A stretch of DNA of 64,000 nucleotides from assembly GCA_045612545.1 (NCBI GenBank), contig JAZKZH010000017.1, positions 8,454 to 72,453 of the forward strand, written 5' to 3'. Origin of the DNA: Eubacteriales bacterium. Lineage in GTDB: Bacteria; Bacillota; Clostridia; Oscillospirales; CAG-382. The position numbers and the translations under genes were made by a program. Below, in pieces: positions 56,968-64,000 of this stretch (positions are counted from its first letter, which is position 1; the number at the start of each line of letters is the position of its first letter). Under the pieces are notes generated by a model, which was given only the letters and a program-made list of their open reading frames with translations, was not told where the DNA came from and ran no database searches.

Positions 56968-58236
56968 TTATGCTTTTTCGGTATAGGAATAACGGGAGAC
57001 AGCCAGCACCAGACCCATTTCGCAAAGCAAAATGATCAAGGAGGTGCCGCCGTAGCTGAAGAAGGGCAAGCTGATGCCCGTGCTGGGGAGGGTGTTGGTT
57101 ACCACACAGATGTTCAAAACCACCTGAATGATCACGTGGGAGATGATGCCCATCACCAGCAGAGAAGAAAATTTATCTTGAGAATGGGTTGCAATGTAGA
57201 AGCCGCGCCATGCGAAGGCCGCGAACAGACCGATGATCATCACCGCACCGAAGTAGCCCATTTCCTCGCAGATAATGGCGAAGATATAGTCGTTATAAGG
57301 CTCGGGCAAATAGCCGTGCTTTTGGTTGCTCTGCCCCAAGCCCAAGCCCCAAAAGCCGCCGGAGCTGATGGCGTAAAGAGATTGCGCAGGCTGCCAGCCT
57401 TTACCGCCGGAAGCGTTGGACATAAAAGAGAAGGGATCCTTCCATACATCCAGTCGCTGAAGTGCGTGGGGAACCACCATGGCGATGATCTCCCTACCCC
57501 ATATCACCAAGGCCGCACCGCCTGCGGCGAGAAGGGCTGTGACCGCGCTCAAAAACTTTGCCCCGGTCCCCCCCAGGATCATCATCACGTAAACAATGAT
57601 ACAGCAGATGATGGTGGCGGAAAGGTGGCTTTGCATCAAGGTGGTGGATACTGCCATCAACAAGAAAATTCCGAAGGGCAATACACCGTAGCGAAAGGTA
57701 TGCATTCTGTCCCGATTGCGCACCACGTGGGTAGCGCATATCAGCACCAGAGCAAATTTCAGAAACTCGGAGGGCTGGAATTGAACGCCTGCAAGCACGA
57801 TCCAGCGGGTAGCACCGTTATAGTTCTCACCGATAAAGGGCACCAGGGCGTTCATGCCGATTGCTCCCAAAAAGATGATGTAGGCAGCTTTCCGCAGGAA
57901 TGCCAAGGCCAACGGACCGCAGGCGGCGATGATCGCCATCAGCGAAACGCCACCCAACACGTACCCCAGCTGAGGTCTTGCCAATGCGTAGGAATCCCCG
58001 TAACGGTTGGCGGAATGCGCATAGGAGGCGGAGAATACCGCAATAGAGCCTACGCACACCAACAGCAAAACGATAATGAGGAAAGGACGATCCATTTCTC
58101 CCAAAAAGCGGGTCACCGTGCCGGGCTTCTGACGGACGGTCAGTTCCCGTTTGGTGCGTACCTTCATGGAGGCAGGCTTTTCGGTTTCCGTTTGCTCCGC
58201 ACCGGGGGAAGCTTGGGACTTGATTTCTGCGCTCAT
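56968..58236 (-). CDS. ftsW: SEDS peptidoglycan polymerase FtsW/SpoVE
   Basis: GATRWI, QPSEF, GLGQSNQK, LPEPYNDYIF, EEMG and LPFFSYGGTS. Confidence 0.9.
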   Translation of the reverse strand: MSAEIKSQASPGAEQTETEKPASMKVRTKRELTVRQKPGTVTRFLGEMDRPFLIIVLLLVCVGSIAVFSASYAHSANRYGDSYALARPQLGYVLGGVSLMAIIAACGPLALAFLRKAAYIIFLGAIGMNALVPFIGENYNGATRWIVLAGVQFQPSEFLKFALVLICATHVVRNRDRMHTFRYGVLPFGIFLLMAVSTTLMQSHLSATIICCIIVYVMMILGGTGAKFLSAVTALLAAGGAALVIWGREIIAMVVPHALQRLDVWKDPFSFMSNASGGKGWQPAQSLYAISSGGFWGLGLGQSNQKHGYLPEPYNDYIFAIICEEMGYFGAVMIIGLFAAFAWRGFYIATHSQDKFSSLLVMGIISHVIIQVVLNICVVTNTLPSTGISLPFFSYGGTSLIILLCEMGLVLAVSRYSYTEKA

Positions 58237-58272
58237 GAGAGAACCTCCTTTCCGAGTATTGCCAAAAAGAAC

Positions 58273-59259
58273 TTATGCTAAGAGCCAATAGGTCAAGCCG
58301 CAGCACAATGCGGTGACCAAAGAGAAGGTGAATACCACCCGCACCTCGCTCCACTTGCACATTTCAAAGTGATGGTGGATGGGTGCCATTTTGAAGATTC
58401 GCTTGCCGGTGAGCTTAAAGGACAGCACCTGCAATAACACAGAAACGCCTTCCACGATCCAAACGAGGCACAGCGGCAGTAACAGCAGCTCACTCTCCAT
58501 GGTGAACGCCAATGCCACGGTAAAGCCCCCCAAGAACAAGGATCCGGTATCGCCCATAAAGATCTTTGCAGGGTGGAAGTTGAATACCAGGAAGCCCAAA
58601 AGCCCACCTGCCAAGGCAGAAGCAAGGGCGATCACACCCGTATTCTGCCAAAGCAAAGCGCCTGCGCAAATAAAGAACACGCACTGGATCAGGGAAACGC
58701 TGCCTGCAAGACCGTCGATGCCATCGGTAAGGTTGGCGCAGTTGATCACGTAGACAGCGACCAGCACCATAATAGGATAGTAGAACCAGGAAAGCTCCAG
58801 ACTCTCCAAGCCGAACAATCCGTACAGCTTCAAAGCGGTTCCCGCCTCACATACCAAGGCACGGTATGCCAAAAAGCCTGCGGCGGTGAGGATCTGCAAC
58901 GCCATTTTCTGCTTGGCGGTAAGTCCCTTGTTCCGCTTTTTGAACAATTTCACATAGTCATCGATGAAGCCGATGAGGCAGGAGCCCAAAGCGAGGATGG
59001 CAATACCGCCCCAAGCGGGGTCAAAGCCATCTCCATCCAGCACCGCCCAAAGGGTAAATGCGATCAAGGAGGAAAGAATGAAGAACAATCCGCCCAGCAC
59101 GGGGGTTCCCTCCTTGCACTTGTGCCAAGAGGGGCCGATCTCCAGAATCTTTTGCCCCAGCTTCACCTTACGAAGCACGGGGATAAAGATCTTCAGAAGG
59201 AGGGCGGAAAGCAGGAAGGATCCTGCCATGGGGAGAAGGATGCGGTAGAGAATATCCAT
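58273..59259 (-). CDS. mraY: Phospho-N-acetylmuramoyl-pentapeptide transferase
   Basis: KEGTPVLGG, DDYVK, NLTDGIDGL, FMGDTGS and APIHHHFE. Confidence 0.97.
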   Translation of the reverse strand: MDILYRILLPMAGSFLLSALLLKIFIPVLRKVKLGQKILEIGPSWHKCKEGTPVLGGLFFILSSLIAFTLWAVLDGDGFDPAWGGIAILALGSCLIGFIDDYVKLFKKRNKGLTAKQKMALQILTAAGFLAYRALVCEAGTALKLYGLFGLESLELSWFYYPIMVLVAVYVINCANLTDGIDGLAGSVSLIQCVFFICAGALLWQNTGVIALASALAGGLLGFLVFNFHPAKIFMGDTGSLFLGGFTVALAFTMESELLLLPLCLVWIVEGVSVLLQVLSFKLTGKRIFKMAPIHHHFEMCKWSEVRVVFTFSLVTALCCGLTYWLLA

Positions 59260-59293
59260 GTTCTTCTATGTTCCTTTGAAATATTTCGTAAGA

Positions 59294-61720
59294 TCAGTCG
59301 CTGTGACCCTCGTATCGACACTGGATCACCACGATGGTACCGGAAGCTACTTCCGTACCGGGCTCAATGGACTGGGAGATAACGTAACAGTTACGGGTAT
59401 CGCCGTCGAACACGCCCTTGATCTGTACGTTCAACCCCTTGTTTTGCAGGGTGCGCAAAGCCGATTCGGGCGTTTTATCCACAACGTCGGGAACGGATAC
59501 GGTGGTTTCGGACGTGGATTCCTCGGTATAGAGGATCACCTTACCACCCACGGCTACGCTCTGCTCGCCCTTGGGCATTTGGGAAACAATGGTTTTTCCG
59601 CTGCCCTTGATCTCGCACTTGAGACCCAAGCCCTCCAGAATCGCCTTGGTATCCTTGGCATCCATGCCGGTGTAATCCCGAATAGTCACCATTTCCACAA
59701 CGTTTTCGGTATCGTCGGGAGAAATGCCCATGTGGGGCAGAACCTCTGCCAAGATCCGTCCCACTGCAGGGGCGGCAACGGCAGAGCCGTAAATACCGAA
59801 TTCGGGGTTGGGAGTATCTACCGTGACCAGAATAGCGATCTTGGGATCTGCCGCAGGGGCAAAGGTCACGCAGGAGGAAACGTAGTCATCCTCGCGAAGG
59901 GTATCTCGCTTCTCGGAGGTACCTGTCTTGGAAACCACGTCATAGCCGCTGACGCAGGCATTCTTGGTGGAATTCACCAGGTAGGACATGATGTCCTTGC
60001 ACACGTCCTCGGAGATCACCTGGCGGGTGCTTTCGGTAGAGAAGCTCTGCACCACGTTTCCGTTGGCATCGGTGAGGTATTTTCCAACGTGGGGAGTTAC
60101 CAGATAGCCGCCGTTGGCCACTGCGGAAAGCGCTGTGATGTGCTGGAGCATGGTAACCTTGAAGGTCTGGCCGAAGGAGTAGACCGCCAGCTCCACGTCA
60201 CCGAAGTTAACACCGGTGGTGCCATAGTAGATGGAGGATACCTCGCCCAGCAGGTCAGAGCCTGTTTTTTCGGTGTATCCGAAGTTTTCAAAATAGTTCT
60301 GAAACTCGCTGTGACCCACCGCCAAGCCTACGGAAGCGAAAGCGGGGTTGCAGGAGTTGACCAAGGAATCGGCAATGGTCTGCCAGCCGTGGTCGCGAAC
60401 GGAGTGGCAGTGAATGATCTGCCCAGCAATGGTGATCTGCTTGCCGCAATTAAACAACTCTGTGCGGGTTGCCGATCCGTTTTCCAACGCCATGGCCGCG
60501 GTAATCACCTTAAATGTGGAGCCCGGCTCGTAGGTTTGGGTGGCGATGGTGTTGTTCCACATCTCGTTCAGCAAAGTGGAACGGTAGGATTTCGGGTCTT
60601 CCCCTTCGTAAGCGTCCAGCTTTTTCTGATACTCCTCGGAAAGGGTGGTATATTCGTTTACGTCAAAGTTGGGGTAGATGGCCAGAGCAAGGATCTCACC
60701 GGTATCTACGTCCATCACAATGCAGGAAACGCGCCCTTCGGGCTGATGCTCGTAGTAAGTCTCCTTCAAATGCTTTTCCACGATGCTTTGAATGGTGACG
60801 TCGATGGTGGTAACCAGATTCAAGCCATCCTGGGCGGCGATGTAGCTTTCGTAGTTATAGGCCAGCTCGTTGCCGTTGGCGTCCTGCGCCCGTACCGCTC
60901 TGCCGTCAATACCTCTCAAATACTCGTCGTAGGTGAACTCCACCCCCAAAAGGCCGTTGTTATCCGAGCCCACAAAGCCCAGCAGGTGAGAAGCCACGGT
61001 ACCCTCGGCGTAGGAACGCTTGGTGCCTTCCTCCAAGGCCACCTCCAGCTCCAGATCATTTTCGGAGATGAAGAGACGAACCTTGTCCTCTTCCTCTTGG
61101 TTGATGTCCTTCTTGATCACCAGGTACTTGTATTTCAGCTTGGAATCTCCCAAGCCGTAATATTTGTCCAAAATATATTGGGCGTCCACGCCGTCCAGAC
61201 ATTCCGCCAAGCCTGCCGCCAACCATTGCAGATAAGCGGTTTCTCCCATAGCGGGGCGATCCTCTTTAACCTTGGTGGCAGAAGCATATACGTCCGAGGG
61301 AGAAATGAACACCGTTTGGGTGGTAACGCTGGCTGCCAATTTGGTGGTGCCGTCGGAGGCGTAAATGGTGCCGCGCTTAGCTTCCAGCGTCACCTCATAG
61401 GTATATTGCTCCACCGCCTTGGCGGCGTAGTCATAGGGATCAATGATCTGCAAAAAAGCAAGTCTGCCGCACATGGCCAAAAGGGCGACCACCATCACCA
61501 CCAGCACGATACGGCTGCGAAGCACGATGGTCTTGTGGGTCAGCTCTCTGCGAGGCTTCTCCTTGCGCTTTTTTTCCTTGGGGGCGTTCTCCAAGGGAGC
61601 GTCCTCCCGGGAGACGGTCTGTCCGTTCCCTTTTTCCTGCTCGGTTACGGGAACTTTTTGCTTGGGTTGCTTTGCGGGATCTGTGGGTTTTCGTTCCATA
61701 TCCGTGCAGTTTTCCTCCAA
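59294..61720 (-). CDS. spoVD: Class B PBP with two PASTA domains (SpoVD/FtsI)
   Basis: TM, RGTI, EPGSTFK (SxxK), SCN, KTGT and C-terminal PASTA repeats. Start may be 61699. Confidence 0.85.
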   Translation of the reverse strand: MEENCTDMERKPTDPAKQPKQKVPVTEQEKGNGQTVSREDAPLENAPKEKKRKEKPRRELTHKTIVLRSRIVLVVMVVALLAMCGRLAFLQIIDPYDYAAKAVEQYTYEVTLEAKRGTIYASDGTTKLAASVTTQTVFISPSDVYASATKVKEDRPAMGETAYLQWLAAGLAECLDGVDAQYILDKYYGLGDSKLKYKYLVIKKDINQEEEDKVRLFISENDLELEVALEEGTKRSYAEGTVASHLLGFVGSDNNGLLGVEFTYDEYLRGIDGRAVRAQDANGNELAYNYESYIAAQDGLNLVTTIDVTIQSIVEKHLKETYYEHQPEGRVSCIVMDVDTGEILALAIYPNFDVNEYTTLSEEYQKKLDAYEGEDPKSYRSTLLNEMWNNTIATQTYEPGSTFKVITAAMALENGSATRTELFNCGKQITIAGQIIHCHSVRDHGWQTIADSLVNSCNPAFASVGLAVGHSEFQNYFENFGYTEKTGSDLLGEVSSIYYGTTGVNFGDVELAVYSFGQTFKVTMLQHITALSAVANGGYLVTPHVGKYLTDANGNVVQSFSTESTRQVISEDVCKDIMSYLVNSTKNACVSGYDVVSKTGTSEKRDTLREDDYVSSCVTFAPAADPKIAILVTVDTPNPEFGIYGSAVAAPAVGRILAEVLPHMGISPDDTENVVEMVTIRDYTGMDAKDTKAILEGLGLKCEIKGSGKTIVSQMPKGEQSVAVGGKVILYTEESTSETTVSVPDVVDKTPESALRTLQNKGLNVQIKGVFDGDTRNCYVISQSIEPGTEVASGTIVVIQCRYEGHSD

Positions 61721-61798
61721 AAAAATACTTTATAAAAAGACGGCAAACGGGTAAGAGGCATTTCTGCGCTTCTTACCCTTGTTTTCCTTGCTATTGGT

Positions 61799-61827
61799 AC
61801 TATATTCACCCTTCGCTTCGTTTATGA
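61799..61827 (-). promoter_or_regulatory. Possible sigE-type internal promoter for spoVD
   Basis: Minus strand TCATA-N16-AATATAGT resembles the sigE consensus (ATA-N16-18-CATAcanT). Confidence 0.45.
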
Positions 61828-61840
61828 AAGGCCGGGGGGA

Positions 61841-62419
61841 TCATTCCCCGAAGAATCCTCGCATAACCTCCGCCAAACCGGAAAGCAGGAAGCCGAAGCC
61901 GCTTTCTTCCTCGTCCTCGTATTCCATGATCTCGGTCTTGTCGTCGGGGCTGAGGGTGACGATGAACTTATCCAGCGTGTCCGCCTTCACCATACCCAGC
62001 TCTTCCACGGCAAACTGCTCAAAGGCGGCGCGGTCGTCCTTGTTGTCCAAGCGCACCTCCAGCTTCTTCTGCTCGCTTTGCAGCTTGGCCATGGTGTTTT
62101 GCAGGTCACGGATCTCACCGTTGTACTGATCGATCTCCGCATAGTTCATCATCATAAACAAAAACAAAGCGGTGATCATTGCCAGCACCAAAACGATTCC
62201 CAGGGGGAAAGGCTTACGCTCCTTGCGTTCCTTGCGGACGGTGATAAACTTAGGCTCACGGACAGCGTGGCGATGCGCCATGCGCTTGCTCTCTCTCTTG
62301 GAAAGCTGGCGGGGCTGACGTGCAGGGGCGGCAGGTTTCGTGGCCTTAGGCTGGGGAACGGAAACGGAGGTTCCGGCACGGTTTTCGATTTTCTTTACGG
62401 GTGCAGTTTTCTGTTCCAT
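61841..62419 (-). CDS. ftsL: FtsL-like cell division protein
   Basis: Single TM, coiled coil and AVEELGMV motif; lies between rsmH and the PBP. Confidence 0.75.
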   Translation of the reverse strand: MEQKTAPVKKIENRAGTSVSVPQPKATKPAAPARQPRQLSKRESKRMAHRHAVREPKFITVRKERKERKPFPLGIVLVLAMITALFLFMMMNYAEIDQYNGEIRDLQNTMAKLQSEQKKLEVRLDNKDDRAAFEQFAVEELGMVKADTLDKFIVTLSPDDKTEIMEYEDEEESGFGFLLSGLAEVMRGFFGE

Positions 62420-62438
62420 CTCGTTTCCTTCCTTTTCT

Positions 62439-63365
62439 TTAAAGCTTCTCGCAGACCCTCAGCTTGGCACTGTGGGCGCGATTGTTCTCGGTAATTTCCT
62501 GCTCCGAGGGAAGCAGGGGCTTTCTGGTCAGCACCTTCACCGTAGGCTTCTTGCCGCAGACACAGATGGGGAAATCCTTGGGGCAGGTGCAGGGGTTTTC
62601 CTCTCTTTGGAAGCTGTTCTTGACGATTCTGTCCTCCAAGGAGTGGAAGCTGATAATACTCATGTGTCCCCCGCTTTTCAAGCAGGGTATTCCGCCTGCG
62701 ATCATGGCGGAAACGCTGGAAAGCTCGGAATTCACCTCAATGCGAATGGCTTGATAGGTGCGCTTGCAGGGGTGGCCTTCCTTTTTATTCTGCTTGGGCA
62801 TAGCGGCGGCAACGATGGCCGTCAGCTCCGCAGTGGTATCGATGGTCTTATGCTCTCTGGCGTGGAGGATCTTATCCGCAATTCTGCCGGCAAAGCGTTC
62901 CTCGCCGTAATCCCGCAGGATACGGATCAAGTCCTCTTTGGAATAGGTGTTCACCACGTCATGGGCGGTGAATGCCTGGGTCTGATCCATGCGCATATCC
63001 AAATACGCATCTGCTGAATAAGAGAATCCTCTGGAAGGGTCGTCCACCTGAGGGCTGGAAATGCCCAGATCTGCCAAAATGCCGTCTACCCCGTCGGGGG
63101 CGTATTCGGCGGCAATCTGCCCGATCTCGGAGAAGTTGCTTTTCACCAAGGTGAGGCGGGGATCATTGAATTTCTTGCGGGCGTTTTCCAAAGCAATGTC
63201 ATCGCGGTCGATGGCAATGACTCTCCCCTTTTCGGAAAGGCGGGACAGCAGCAAGCCTGTATGCCCTCCTCCGCCCAAGGTGCAATCAATATAGGTTCCG
63301 TCGGGATCGGTAAGCACCGATTCCACGGTTTCGTTCAGTAAAACGGTAATGTGTTTGTATTCCAT
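62439..63365 (-). CDS. rsmH: 16S rRNA m4C1402 methyltransferase RsmH
   Basis: HITVLL, DCTLGGGGH, DLGISSPQ, RGFSY, QAIRIEVN and FHSLEDR. Confidence 0.98.
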   Translation of the reverse strand: MEYKHITVLLNETVESVLTDPDGTYIDCTLGGGGHTGLLLSRLSEKGRVIAIDRDDIALENARKKFNDPRLTLVKSNFSEIGQIAAEYAPDGVDGILADLGISSPQVDDPSRGFSYSADAYLDMRMDQTQAFTAHDVVNTYSKEDLIRILRDYGEERFAGRIADKILHAREHKTIDTTAELTAIVAAAMPKQNKKEGHPCKRTYQAIRIEVNSELSSVSAMIAGGIPCLKSGGHMSIISFHSLEDRIVKNSFQREENPCTCPKDFPICVCGKKPTVKVLTRKPLLPSEQEITENNRAHSAKLRVCEKL

Positions 63366-63781
63366 CAGAAGCCAAGCTCCTCAAGAACAGGGAGGATATT
63401 GCCGTAATTCTCGGCATCCAATGCATCCCAACGCTCTTCGTCCCAAATCTCCAAGCGGGTATCGTCACCCACCAGCACCACGTTTTTATCCAAGGAAGCA
63501 AACTTTCTGCAATCGGCGGGGAGGGTCACTCTGCCCTGACCGTCCAGAGAAGTATCGAATGCGTTAGCAAAGAAGTAGTGGCGCACATCCTTGGCCCTGG
63601 TCTCGGGCAGGGCTGCGATCTTGGCGGCAAAGGCTTCCCACTCCTTCATGGGGTAAAGGCGGAGGCAGTTCTGCAAGCCTCTGGTGACCATAAAGGTCTC
63701 CCCAAGCTCCTCGCGAAGGCGCACGGGAATGAACAATCTGCCCTTGGCATCCACTGCGTGACGGTAAGTTCCTGTGAACAT
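63365..63781 (-). CDS. mraZ: Transcriptional regulator MraZ
   Basis: MFTGTY, DAKGR and DGQGR repeats, EIWD. Confidence 0.97.
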   Translation of the reverse strand: MFTGTYRHAVDAKGRLFIPVRLREELGETFMVTRGLQNCLRLYPMKEWEAFAAKIAALPETRAKDVRHYFFANAFDTSLDGQGRVTLPADCRKFASLDKNVVLVGDDTRLEIWDEERWDALDAENYGNILPVLEELGF

Positions 63782-63851
63782 ATCTGCCTTCCCTGCTCCT
63801 TTCCTTCGCATTTTTGGGGTTTCGCTCCCCTTTTATGGGAAAACTATGGTA

Positions 63852-63921
63852 TTTTCTTCCTCAAAATGCCTTAAATTACCACTTGTGTTTTCATTATAAG
63901 GAAAGAAAAAGAATCTGTCAA
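63852..63921 (-). promoter_or_regulatory. dcw promoter with degenerate MraZ boxes
   Basis: TTGACA-N17-TATAAT (63893-63921), followed by GTGG/AAGG/GAGG at a 10-nt period. Confidence 0.7.
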
Positions 63922-64000
63922 GAGCGACTTTGGCGGGATGGAGGCGTTTGAAAACCCCTTTTGTCTATTTTTGTCAAGAGGGTAAAAAACAAGGTGATAC

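Overview
This is a 64-kb chromosomal window from a Clostridia-type Firmicute, probably an Oscillospirales-like gut or rumen organism. That placement is inferred from gene order (soj-spo0J-serS; CdaR-ftsEX-M23-S41-greA-lysS; a reduced dcw cluster) and from a dockerin domain. Most of the window is core genome: rarA-plsY-der, rpmF, trmK, apgM, galT, ldhA, oadB/oadG, tsaA, mscS, parAB, serS, lnt, 6S RNA, rsmE, a MarR-linked heterodimeric ABC exporter, ftsEX, greA, lysS, and mraZ-rsmH-ftsL-spoVD/ftsI-mraY-ftsW-murG-ftsQ-ftsZ. An accessory block at about 39.8-53.7 kb follows lysS and holds the best candidate for a little-described system. An ECF sigma factor with its own ECF-type promoter and a membrane anti-sigma are co-transcribed with two tandem lipoprotein serpins. 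The serpin scaffolds are nearly identical at DNA level, but their reactive-centre (bait) loops differ. Divergent from this operon is a secreted dockerin protein built from ten ~49-aa Cys/His repeats, whose end-capping pattern suggests chained metal-binding modules. Other notable items are a tandem structured repeat and a dense hairpin array next to the 6S RNA, an intact lnt in a monoderm, an ASCH-glycerate kinase fusion and a locally scrambled conserved motif in OadB. No tRNA, rRNA, CRISPR array, transposase or integrase was seen. All calls come from reading motifs by eye; no database searches were run.
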